A stretch of DNA of 64,000 nt from Thermoanaerobaculia bacterium (lineage in GTDB: Bacteria > Acidobacteriota > Thermoanaerobaculia > Multivoradales > Multivoraceae): contig OY761158.1 in NCBI GenBank assembly GCA_963664405.1, positions 1,568,001 through 1,632,000 of the forward strand, written 5' to 3'. Below the pieces are notes generated by a model that was given only the letters and a program-made list of their open reading frames with translations, was not told where the DNA came from and ran no database searches. Below are positions 56,103-64,000 of this stretch, in pieces; position 1 is the stretch's first letter, and every line of letters starts with the position of its first letter. The position numbers were made by a program, and so were the translations under genes.

Positions 56103-56549
56103 TCATCGACGAGAAAATGCATCGGCTCGGCGAAAGGCGAAGTGAAGCACTCGCCGGGCAATGCGCCAACCCTCGGCGGTGCGCACGAACTCGTCCTCGT
56201 AATGTCCCACCGCGGCGGGCCCTTCGAAAGCGATGGGATCGTCGGTCAAGCTCTCGTCACCGACATGCCGATACAGGCTGAGATAAGAGATGCCGCGGGC
56301 GTGATCCGAGTCGACGACTTCGACGTGGATATTGGTCAGGACATGACGGGAGCGCAGCGTGTCCGGTCGCTTCTTGAACGACTTGCGAATCGCCTCTTTG
56401 CCGTCAAAGGGATAGCCGGCGTTGAGATGGGCGTCCTCGGCAAAGAGCTCGACAAAGGCGTCGTACTCGCGGAAGTCGACGTGACGCGCGTAGGCGATCG
56501 AAAGCTGCTGGCAGGTGTGCTCGATATCGATTCTCTCTAAGGCTTGCAT
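56103..56549 (-). CDS. SnoaL-like/NTF2-family protein
   Basis: YARHVD......ELFAEDA, RHVLTN, GHYEDEFVRT.EGWRIARR; SD AAGGAG before ATG 56549. Confidence 0.85.
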   Translation of the reverse strand: MQALERIDIEHTCQQLSIAYARHVDFREYDAFVELFAEDAHLNAGYPFDGKEAIRKSFKKRPDTLRSRHVLTNIHVEVVDSDHARGISYLSLYRHVGDESLTDDPIAFEGPAAVGHYEDEFVRTAEGWRIARRVLHFAFRRADAFSRR

Positions 56550-56630
56550 GGTCGCTCCTTCACACTTGTGGTTTGACACCTGGATGGCGAGGCAGCTCCG
56601 TTCTCTCCCCACACATAGTAGTCCGACGGG

Positions 56631-56807
56631 ATGAAGATCTCTCTCAGCCTCTGCACTTGCCTTTCGGTCGCGGTCTCTGGCTTAGGCCTGCAGCCGGCGC
56701 ATGCCGTCAATGACACCGAGCGAGAATGCCGCAACCTGATCCGCCTCACCGACTTCAATCACGCGGTCGAGCCCGCGGCACGGGCAAGTGCGAAACCTCC
56801 GTACTGA
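56631..56807 (+). pseudogene. Short signal-peptide ORF, probably an N-terminal gene fragment
   Basis: MKISLSLCTCLSVAVSGLGLQPAHA-VNDTERECRNL...PPY*; 58 aa, ends just before the higBA promoter. Confidence 0.35.
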
Positions 56808-56895
56808 CGCCAGGCGCCTGGGTCGCGAAGTGCTCGGGCACCGAAAACTAGAGGGTGACAGTCAACGGGGTCGCGCCGGGTCGGCCATGCCAGCT

Positions 56896-56930
56896 GTACG
56901 CTTGACGTACTACACGAAGCGTACTAACCT
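56896..56930 (+). promoter_or_regulatory. higBA sigma70-type promoter with overlapping operator
   Basis: -35 TTGACG (56902), 17-nt spacer, -10 TAACCT (56925); IR GTACGCTT...AAGCGTAC; GTG start 6 nt downstream. Confidence 0.75.
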
Positions 56931-56936
56931 TGCAAA

Positions 56937-57224
56937 GTGATTCGCTCGTTCGCGGACGGCAAGACTCGTCGGCTGTTCGAGGACGATCGAAGAAGAGGGT
57001 TTCGCGGTCTCGACTACGACCGAGCACTACTATTGCTTGACGCCCTGGATGCCGCGCGTTCCCTCGAGCCGCTACGAGCTCTGCAAGCGGTTCGGCTCCA
57101 CTCGCTGAAGGGTGGTCGCAAGGGGCAGCAAGCAATGACCGTGAACCGGCGCTGGAGGATCACTTTCAAGTTCGAGGAAGGCGATGCACAAGACGTGGCA
57201 ATCGAGGACTACCACAGGAGCTAG
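56937..57224 (+). CDS. higB: HigB (RelE/ParE-superfamily) toxin
   Basis: MIRSFAD..T.RLF, RLH.LKG.RKGQ....VN.RWRITFKF, IEDYH. Confidence 0.9.
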   Translation: MIRSFADGKTRRLFEDDRRRGFRGLDYDRALLLLDALDAARSLEPLRALQAVRLHSLKGGRKGQQAMTVNRRWRITFKFEEGDAQDVAIEDYHRS

Positions 57225-57227
57225 CTG

Positions 57228-57515
57228 ATGACGAGAGTGAGAAGCCACCCGGGCCAGCTACTTCGCGCCGAGCTCGAAGCTCGAGAGATGAGTGCCAATC
57301 AGCTCGCTCTGGCACTGCGTGTGCCGGCGAATCGCATCACAGCCATCCTGCGTGGAGAGCGGTCCGTTACGGCGGAGACAGCGCTTCGGCTGGGGCGATA
57401 TCTGGGGACCGACGCCGCGTTCTGGATGAACCTCCAGACCGCCTACGACATCTCGCTGATCGATGCGGAGAGAGGGCATCTGATCGAAGAGGAAGTGCCC
57501 GCGCCCACAGCTTGA
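57228..57515 (+). CDS. higA: HigA HTH antitoxin
   Basis: HPGQLL, LA.AL.VP.NRI..I..G.R.VTAETALRL..Y.GT.A.FWMNLQ..YD. Confidence 0.92.
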   Translation: MTRVRSHPGQLLRAELEAREMSANQLALALRVPANRITAILRGERSVTAETALRLGRYLGTDAAFWMNLQTAYDISLIDAERGHLIEEEVPAPTA

Positions 57516-57563
57516 GGAAGGACGGCCGTAGGACACCCCAGGTCGTGGACACGGTCCATGAAA

Positions 57564-57806
57564 TCAGCGACCGCCGGCCGCGATCTGCGGCAGAGCGAAG
57601 GCGACGAGCTCCGCTTTCTCGCTCACTCCGCCGGCGGCAACGACGATGTACTGGCGCCCCTCGTGGAGATAGGTGATTGGCGAGCTGTGCAGACTGCGCT
57701 CGACCTCGACCTGGGCCAGCAGCTTGCCGCTGCCCCTCTCGTAAGCCTGGAGATAAGCGCCTCCCGGCCCTTCTCTGATCCGCTTGCCGAGCTCGTCGAG
57801 CTTGGC
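57564..57806 (-). pseudogene. C-terminal remnant of a PQQ-dehydrogenase paralogue
   Basis: AKLDELGKRIREGPGGAYLQAYERGSGKLLAQVEVERSLHSSPITYLHEGRQYIVVAAGGVSEKAELVAFALP closely matches the ends of 34039-36033 and 60665-61471. Confidence 0.85.
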
Positions 57807-57916
57807 GGGCCCGCCGAAGAGGAGCGCGGCTGTCAACTCTTTCGGGTGCTCGGCCGCGTCTCGAAAATGTTCGGGTGGCACCCCGCCGGCCGGAGGCCGG
57901 CGGGGGTGTTGCCGGC

Positions 57917-57940
57917 TGATATATACCATGATATATATCA
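57917..57940. promoter_or_regulatory. vapBC operator palindrome
   Basis: TGATATATA-CCATGA-TATATATCA immediately upstream of the vapB start. Confidence 0.65.
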
Positions 57941-57943
57941 AGC

Positions 57944-58213
57944 GTGAAACCAACGAAAGAACGTCCCCAGAGACGCGAGTACCGAGCGAAGGTCTTCCGT
58001 AACGGGCGCAGCCAGGCGATACGCCTCCCCAAGGAGCTCCGATTCGATGAGCAAGAGAAGGAGGTTCGTGTGTGGCGGGAGCACGGACGCCTGGTAGTCG
58101 AATCGATCGACGAGTGGCCGGAGGACTTCTGGCGACTCTTCGGAAGCGTTCCTGATCTCGAGCTCCCCGAGCGAACGCCCCTCGCCGAGGCACGCGACCG
58201 CTTCAATCGGTGA
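57944..58213 (+). CDS. vapB: AbrB/MazE-fold antitoxin VapB
   Basis: AKVFRNGRSQAIRLPKELRF. Confidence 0.92.
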   Translation: MKPTKERPQRREYRAKVFRNGRSQAIRLPKELRFDEQEKEVRVWREHGRLVVESIDEWPEDFWRLFGSVPDLELPERTPLAEARDRFNR

Positions 58214-58602
58214 GGTACCTCCTCGACACCGATACGGTGAGCTTCATCCTGCGCGGAGAGGGGAGGGTCGAAGACCACTTTCTTCGCCTCCGCCCGTCGG
58301 ACATCTGCACCAGTCCGATCGTCGTAGGAGAGATTGAGCTCGGCCTCGAACGGAGAAAGAACCCGAGGCTTCGACTGCTCGCTGAACGTCTCTTCGAGAT
58401 CTTGTCCGTCGCGCCTTACGACAGGGAGGCTGGCCAGCACTACGGCCGATTGGCAGCTTCCCTCCTGGCAACAGGAACCCCGATCGGGGTCGAGGACACG
58501 ATGGTCGCGGCCCACGCCCTGTCGTTGGGCCTGACTCTGGTCACTCACAACACCAGGCACTTTGAGCGAGTACCGGGGCTCAGGGTCGAGGACTGGTACT
58601 AG
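58210..58602 (+). CDS. vapC: VapC/PIN-domain toxin
   Basis: YLLDTDTVS, GEIELG, GTPIG..DTMVAAHA, LVTHNTRHF.RVPGL.VEDW. Confidence 0.92.
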   Translation: MRYLLDTDTVSFILRGEGRVEDHFLRLRPSDICTSPIVVGEIELGLERRKNPRLRLLAERLFEILSVAPYDREAGQHYGRLAASLLATGTPIGVEDTMVAAHALSLGLTLVTHNTRHFERVPGLRVEDWY

Positions 58603-58763
58603 ACCAGCGTTTCCGAAGTTCGTGTACAGAGCTCGAGGTCATTCTGTTCGCTGGCAAGGCGCGCCGACGCAGGCATAGCAGGGACTATGTCGAGGAGGCG
58701 CAACGCCGCCAGCGGGCAGAAGGGGCCGAGAACTGTGCGCGAACTTCGGAAACGCTGGTCTAG
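58599..58763. mobile_element. CTAG-bounded palindromic MITE-like element, copy 4 (165 bp, divergent)
   Basis: The left CTAG contains the vapC stop; carries paired compensatory substitutions relative to copies 1-3. Confidence 0.9.
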
Positions 58764-58824
58764 CGCGGCGCCAGTGAGAAGGCTCGTCGCGTTCGCTCAT
58801 CCGGTCTACCGCGCTAAAATCGTA

Positions 58825-59395
58825 ATGCTCGCTCACCGCCGGGGAGCGCCACTCAACGCTGCCGGGCTTGCCCGTAGCCTGGCGGTGGACGGCAAGACCA
58901 TCGCGCGGTATCTCGACCCATGGTGGACCTGCTTCGGCCACCGCTTCCTGCGTGTTATCGATGTGCCGAGCGATACATCCGGTGCTTCGAAAGCCGCCTG
59001 TGAGATCTGGGGAACGACGCTCGAAGGCGAGCGCTGGACGCAGCCTGTGAGCATCCCGATGACCGGCTTTCGCCAGGACTGCTATCCGGCAGATCGATGT
59101 GATCCGCGATCAGACCCTCGTCCACAATCGCCAAAACCTCGGCCAGGACGTGAGCTTCAGCTTCGTCGACAACGAGGTCGGGCCTGGGGAGCACTACTAC
59201 TATGTGAGGGTGCTTCAAAACGACGGCAACCTCGCTTGGTCATCTCCCATCTGGGTGACGAATCGTTAGCCCCAGGGCAGAGCGCCAATAAGCCCGCGGT
59301 TCTCGATCTCGAGAGTCCGGTCGATTTGGAGAAACTCGCGAACACGGCCGGCTATCTCGAGTTCGATCCGATCGACTCGTGATCTTCGATGAGCA
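58825..59395 (+). pseudogene. Mosaic scar: AAA-ATPase (DUF4143-type) fragments plus two fragments of a paralogue of 10473-13310
   Basis: MLAHRRGAPLNAAGLARSLAVDGKTIARYLD; FGHRFLR...EIWGTTLEGERWTQPV (cf. FRHRSQR...QIYGTALVGGQWTRPL); 59084-59269 IRQIDVIRDQTLVHNRQNLGQ...AWSSPIWVTNR*; LDLESPVDLEKLAN...RLVIFDE. Confidence 0.7.
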
Positions 59396-59503
59396 CCCAC
59401 GAACAGGCGCCGAATGCCGCTTTGATGCCAACTCCGATCTTGCGATCGCGATCCGGCATCAGGTTTCAGCCGGCAAGGGAGTCGCCCAGGCTAAGATCCT
59501 TCC

Positions 59504-59920
59504 ATGAGCGGCGGAGTCAGCGACACCAAAACCATCGCGGCGGCGCTCTCGGATGAGCTCGCTTCGGTGGGCGACGTGGTCGCAGCGTATCTCTTCGGGA
59601 GTGTCGCTCGAGGTCGGCACCACCGCGCGAGCGATGTCGATGTCGCTCTCCTCCTGGCGGAAGATCCGCCTGGTACCCTGGCAGGGCTAAGGCTCGACCT
59701 GGCGGCGAAGCTCGGCGACCGTCTCGGCCTGCCGGTGCAGGTCGTGCTGCTGAATCAGGCACCGGCGGACCTCGCTCACCGCGTTCTACGCGACGGCCAG
59801 CTCCTGATCGACCGCGATCCCGGCAGGCGTATTCGTTTCGAGGTTCGCTCCCGCAACGAGTACTTCGACCTCCATCTGATTCGGCAGCGCTATAGGCACG
59901 GCAGCAGGAGAGCGTCGTGA
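59504..59920 (+). CDS. mntA: MNT antitoxin (MntA-like adenylyltransferase)
   Basis: AYLFGSVARG.....SDVDVALL, V.LN.AP..LAHRVLRDG.LL. Confidence 0.85.
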   Translation: MSGGVSDTKTIAAALSDELASVGDVVAAYLFGSVARGRHHRASDVDVALLLAEDPPGTLAGLRLDLAAKLGDRLGLPVQVVLLNQAPADLAHRVLRDGQLLIDRDPGRRIRFEVRSRNEYFDLHLIRQRYRHGSRRAS

Positions 59921-60345
59921 CCGATGGGGAGCTGGTTGCGAAGAAGCTCGCCGAGATCGAGACCCGCGTTCGCGAGCTCGAACGGCTGGCCCAACCCGAG
60001 CTGATGGCGACAGACCTGAAGGAGCAGCGTTTCATCCTGATGACCCTGCAGCTGGCGATCCAGGCTGCTCTCGACGTGGCCTCGCACATCGTCTCCGACG
60101 AGCAGCTCGGCGAGCCGGAGCGCAACCGAGACTTGTTCGGTCTCCTCACCGCAGCAGGCTGGCTGACCGAGGAGCTGGGGGGCCGCCTGCAGCAGATGGC
60201 GGGTTTTCGCAACGTCCTCGTTCACGAGTACATGCGAACCGATCTCGCGGTTGTGCGCGACGTTCTGGAGAACCGACTCGAAGATCTACTGAGCTTCAGT
60301 GCGGCAGTGAGACAGCGGCTTCCTCCGTCGAGCAAGCGCGGTTAG
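59917..60345 (+). CDS. hepT: HEPN/DUF86 RNase toxin (HepT-like)
   Basis: LQLAIQAALDVASHIV, MAGFRNVLVHEY (RxxxxH motif). Confidence 0.88.
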   Translation: MTDGELVAKKLAEIETRVRELERLAQPELMATDLKEQRFILMTLQLAIQAALDVASHIVSDEQLGEPERNRDLFGLLTAAGWLTEELGGRLQQMAGFRNVLVHEYMRTDLAVVRDVLENRLEDLLSFSAAVRQRLPPSSKRG

Positions 60346-60664
60346 CTCAGACAGTAGTTGCGGCTCTGTCGCCTGCCACGCAGACCTCGTCACTCGCGGC
60401 TCGATCCGGCCTTCCCCAGTACATCCGCTTCGAGCACCCGGGCACCCCGTAAAATGCCTCCCATCGAGTAATTGCCCTCGTGACAGGCGTACTCGTAAAA
60501 CCCGCTCCGTGGTAGAGCGCAAAACGTACTCGCCGGTCCACGGCGCCGTCCAAGACGTCTGGTCTTCGACCGTCCCTGTATTCTTCTCGCATGTTAGATT
60601 GTTCAGAATTTCATCCTGCAGCACAAAGTGTAAATACGGTCGTAAATCTCTCGTGAAGGGATCC

Positions 60665-61471
60665 ATGCAGCTCGTCCTCGCCGCGCTCGCCGCCGGCCTA
60701 GGGGTAAGCACCGCCTTCGGTCAGCAAGGAGCTGCCGACGGCGAATGGCGGCACCACGGCGGCGGCAACGGCTCTTCGAGGTATTCCGGGCTGAGCCAGA
60801 TCGACGCCGCGAACTTCTCGCAGCTCGAAGTAGCCTGGGGTTGGGAGTCCGCCGATCTGCGAATCGAGGAGAGCTCTCCCTACAAGCGGCAACCCTTCCG
60901 GGCCACACCTCTGATGATCGGTGGCCGCCTCTACGTGCAGTCGCGAACGGCGCCAGGAGCGATGGCGCTGACGCAACCGGACCCCGCGCGGTCCGATTGG
61001 AAGTATGTGAATAGCGGCGTACGGGCCGCGGGCCCCCGGGGGCTGCCCCTCGTCAAGCCCCCCTATCGGCGGATCACGGCGGTCGACCTGAAGATGGGCG
61101 ATCTCACCTGGCAGGCTCCGTTGGGGCAGGGCCCGACCGGGCACCCGGCGATCAAGCATCTCGAGCTCGGGCCCCTGGGCGGCCGTGGCTCCAGCGGCGT
61201 CGACGAGGGCGGGCTGCTCATCACCAGGACACTGTTGATCACCTTCGCCGCCAAACTCGACGAGCTCGGCAATCGCCTCCGCGATGGAATGGGGGGCGCC
61301 TATCTTCAGGCCTACGACAAGGCCACGGGCAAGTTGTTGGCCGAGGTCGAGGTCGACCGCAGCCTGCACAGCTCACCGATGACCTATCTCCACCAAGGGC
61401 GCCAGTACATTGTCGTTGCCGGCGGCGGCGTAACGGAGAAAGCGGAGCTTGTCGCGTTCGCTGTGCCGTAG
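60665..61471 (+). pseudogene. PQQ-dehydrogenase paralogue with in-frame internal deletion (open 268-aa ORF)
   Basis: N-terminus to ATPLMIGGRLYV is joined directly to QSRTAPGAMALTQPDPARSDWKYV; paralogue C has 386 extra codons between the equivalent points. Confidence 0.85.
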
Positions 61472-61486
61472 CAGAGGGGGAGAACG

Positions 61487-62431
61487 ATGAAAGCTCGTAG
61501 AAAACTCATTGGGTCGCTGCTGATGGCTGCGATGGGTTTGACCAGTCGCGGGCTCGCCCAGCCGCCTGAAGTGAAGTTAGAGGAGCTGGATGGCCGCATT
61601 CGCATCGAAATCGATGGCGAGCTGTTCACCGAATACATCTATGCAGGCTACGACAAGCCGTTGCTCTATCCGATCATTGGCCCCACCGGGACCGGGATGA
61701 CTCGCAGCTATCCGATGAAGCTGGGGGTAAAAGGAGAACCCACCGATCATCCTCATAACAGTTCCATGTGGTTTACGCACGGCGACATCAACGGCGAAAA
61801 CTTCTGGAACCACGGTCCCGATTTGGGCAAAGTGCGGCAGACGGAATTGATCCGCGCGGTTTCCGATGGCAAGTCGGCCGAGCTCGAGACGAAAAATCAG
61901 TGGCGGAAGGCCGATGGGACAGTTGTTTGTACCGACACCCGGGCCTTACGTTTCTCGACCACCGCGGATCAACGCATTATTGACTGGCGCGTTACGATTC
62001 ATGCTTCGCACGGCGACGTAGTCATTGGCGATCTCAAAGAGGGAACGATGGGTATTCGCACCCATCCGAAACTGAGTCCGGCTGGCGGCGGCAACGCAGC
62101 CAATAGCGAAGGAGCGAGCGGCAGCGAGATCTGGGGCAAGCGAGCCAAGTGGGTTGACTATTGGGGTGACATTGAGGGGAAGACGGTTGGGATCGCGATT
62201 TTCGACCATCCGGCAAACTTACGACATCCGACCTGGTGGAACGCCCGTGGTAGCGGCTTCGTGGCGGCAAACCCGTTTGGAATCCACGACTTCGAAAGCC
62301 GGCCGGCAGGTACCGGTGACCTCACGATTCCCGACGGCGAAAGCCTTACTCTCCGCTACCGCTTTGTGTTTCACCAGGGCAATCCCGACACCGCCAAGGT
62401 CGACCATTTTTTCAAGCTCTTTGCCGATTGA
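61487..62431 (+). CDS. Secreted DUF6807/'PmoA'-named family protein
   Basis: KPLLYPI.GPTG, TRSYP, DHPH..SMWF.HG, HPTWW.AR..G..AANPFG, LRYRFVFH. Confidence 0.8.
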   Translation: MKARRKLIGSLLMAAMGLTSRGLAQPPEVKLEELDGRIRIEIDGELFTEYIYAGYDKPLLYPIIGPTGTGMTRSYPMKLGVKGEPTDHPHNSSMWFTHGDINGENFWNHGPDLGKVRQTELIRAVSDGKSAELETKNQWRKADGTVVCTDTRALRFSTTADQRIIDWRVTIHASHGDVVIGDLKEGTMGIRTHPKLSPAGGGNAANSEGASGSEIWGKRAKWVDYWGDIEGKTVGIAIFDHPANLRHPTWWNARGSGFVAANPFGIHDFESRPAGTGDLTIPDGESLTLRYRFVFHQGNPDTAKVDHFFKLFAD

Positions 62432-62468
62432 AGGCTGAGCTCCCGCCCACTTAGGAGGTTCGAAAATC

Positions 62469-63788
62469 ATGTTGAGAATGCCACCTCTCTGTTGCCTGTT
62501 CTCATCCTTGGCGCTCGTCGCCGCGTGCGAGAGCGGCACGATCGTGCCCGACGCGGTCGCGCCGGACGACGGCGTACCGCCGATCACGGTAGTCGGGGCA
62601 ACACTGATCGATGGCACCGGTGCGGCACCGATCGAGGACGCGGTCATCGTCATTCGCGGCAACCGTATCGTGAGCATCGGCTCGCGGTCGGATACCGCGA
62701 CGCCCGAAGGCGGAGAGATCGTCGACGGCACCGGGAAGTTCGTGATCCCGGGCCTAGTGGATCTTCACTGCCATTTCGGTGGCGGACGCGCCGAGGTCGA
62801 GCGTGTCCTGGGAGTGCAGCTGCGTTTCGGCGTCACCACCGCTCGTAGCCTGGGCTCGGATGGCGAGGAGAACCTCGCTCTCGTGGCCGATGTCCGTGCC
62901 GGTAAGGTGCCTGGCCCGCGCCTGTACACGGCGGGGCGGGGATTCTCGGCACCTGGGGGGATGCCGTCGAGCGCCAATGCTCCGACCAGCGAGGAGGAAG
63001 CCGTCGAGATGGTCCGCGCGCTTGCGGCGCAGAATGTCGACTTGGTCAAGATGTGGGTCGAAACCCGTTTCGACACCCTGCCCGAGATCACCCCCGAAAT
63101 GCGCACGGCGATCGTTCGCGAGGCTGCCGCCCACGGCATTCCCGCCGCCGCCCATATCTACGACGAAGAAGACGTCCGCCAGCTCGCCGATCTCGGGGTG
63201 ACCGACTTCATTCACAGCGTTCGGGATCGCGAGGTCGACGCCTCCTTCGTCGCATTTGCGCGACAGAAGAAGCTGTCCTTTGCCCCGGCTCTCACCCAGG
63301 CCCAGAACTTCTGGTACCTGGTGGAAAATCCCGAGGTGCTCAACGATCCGGAGTTCCGCGACTCCTACACCGCCGAGCGAGCCGACCGCATGCTCTCGCA
63401 GGGTCGTGAGCAGATGATGGCCAACCCTTTGCTCGAGGAGCGCCGTCGCGATTACGCCAGGGCCCTCGTGTTCATCAAGACGATGCACGACGGTGGTGTT
63501 CGGATCGCAGTCGGCTCCGACAGTGGCGCCGGCGTGGCCTTTGGTTGGGGGGCTCATCACGAGATGCAGCAGCTCGTGGTCGCCGGTCTCGAGCCGGTGG
63601 AGGCGATTGCCGCGGCGACCGGCAACGGGGCCCGAGTCTTGGAAGGCGACGATGCCGAGTTCGGAGTCCTGGCGGCCGGCAAGATCGCCGATCTGGTGCT
63701 CCTCGACGCCGATCCGCTCGCCGACATCGGCAACACGCGCAAGATCGCGCGGGTGATGCAGGGCGGGAACTGGCTCGAGCGTCGATAG
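62469..63788 (+). CDS. Amidohydrolase family lipoprotein
   Basis: IPGLVDLHCH, GVTTARSLG, LVKMW, AAHI, FIHS, GSDSG, GKIADLVLLDADP. Confidence 0.9.
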   Translation: MLRMPPLCCLFSSLALVAACESGTIVPDAVAPDDGVPPITVVGATLIDGTGAAPIEDAVIVIRGNRIVSIGSRSDTATPEGGEIVDGTGKFVIPGLVDLHCHFGGGRAEVERVLGVQLRFGVTTARSLGSDGEENLALVADVRAGKVPGPRLYTAGRGFSAPGGMPSSANAPTSEEEAVEMVRALAAQNVDLVKMWVETRFDTLPEITPEMRTAIVREAAAHGIPAAAHIYDEEDVRQLADLGVTDFIHSVRDREVDASFVAFARQKKLSFAPALTQAQNFWYLVENPEVLNDPEFRDSYTAERADRMLSQGREQMMANPLLEERRRDYARALVFIKTMHDGGVRIAVGSDSGAGVAFGWGAHHEMQQLVVAGLEPVEAIAAATGNGARVLEGDDAEFGVLAAGKIADLVLLDADPLADIGNTRKIARVMQGGNWLERR

Positions 63789-63903
63789 TGACGCACTGCC
63801 CTCGGCGACCCGCCGCTCGAGAGCACCATCGATTCAATCGATGAACACTTCCGCAAGAGCGATGCCGCTTTCTCCGGCCACGGCATAGAACCGCCGCTGA
63901 GGC

Positions 63904-64000
63904 TCAGTTCTTCGGCGCATTGTCTTTCCCCTTCATCTCGTAATACTCCTTCTCGAGAAGGCGCGCTCCGCGCAGCATGTTCCCCATCGCGTAGTTGCCT
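63904..64000 (-). CDS. C-terminal end of a paralogue of 36200-37288 (partial, right edge)
   Basis: GNYAMGNMLRGARLLEKEYYEMKGKDNAPKN*, versus GNYSMGNMMRGARQLEEEW. Confidence 0.75.
   Translation of the reverse strand, partial: GNYAMGNMLRGARLLEKEYYEMKGKDNAPKN

Noticed and set aside
56805-56807. PPY-TGA-R as a possible Sec codon
   Set aside because: Read-through meets another stop within about 17 codons and shows no recognisable domain.
14081-58763. Dispersed palindromes as CRISPR repeats or integron attC sites
   Set aside because: Copies are 5-28 kb apart with no spacer periodicity, no cas or intI gene, no RYYYAAC/GTTRRRY ends, and one lies inside a CDS with a CTAG duplication.
60346-60660. 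Short ORFs between hepT and the deleted PQQ gene
   Set aside because: No motif I can recognise in any frame; left unannotated.
61487-62431. Methane monooxygenase subunit (family is nicknamed PmoA)
   Set aside because: Soluble secreted protein without the multi-TM topology of true PmoA, and no pmoB/pmoC nearby.

Overview
GC-rich 64-kb bacterial chromosomal segment. The ADOP-type permease and the many PQQ-dependent dehydrogenase, sulfatase and beta-propeller genes suggest an Acidobacteriota-like organism (inference). A housekeeping-like left end (ADOP permease, uup, ppc) is followed by a mosaic of stand-alone enzymes: five PQQ-dehydrogenase paralogues or remnants, four sulfatases, SDRs, a CoA-transferase, an aldolase and an amidohydrolase. 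About ten toxin-antitoxin-type loci and many gene scars are interleaved among them. Features the ORF track misses: (1) two probable selenoprotein genes split by an in-frame TGA, each followed by a SECIS-like hairpin: a deiodinase-like protein (GSYT-U-PPF) and a peroxiredoxin-like UxxC protein fused to a DsbD-N-like domain; (2) a family of CTAG-bounded 165-180 bp palindromic elements with compensatory base changes, one inserted in frame into a sulfatase signal peptide; (3) a 5' fragment of a group II intron next to a decayed IS481-like element; (4) a microhomology-mediated in-frame deletion of a PQQ dehydrogenase; (5) leaderless-type -10 boxes exactly 6 nt before several start codons. All protein family assignments come from motif recognition by eye; no searches were run. 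Single-base frameshifts may be sequencing or assembly errors.
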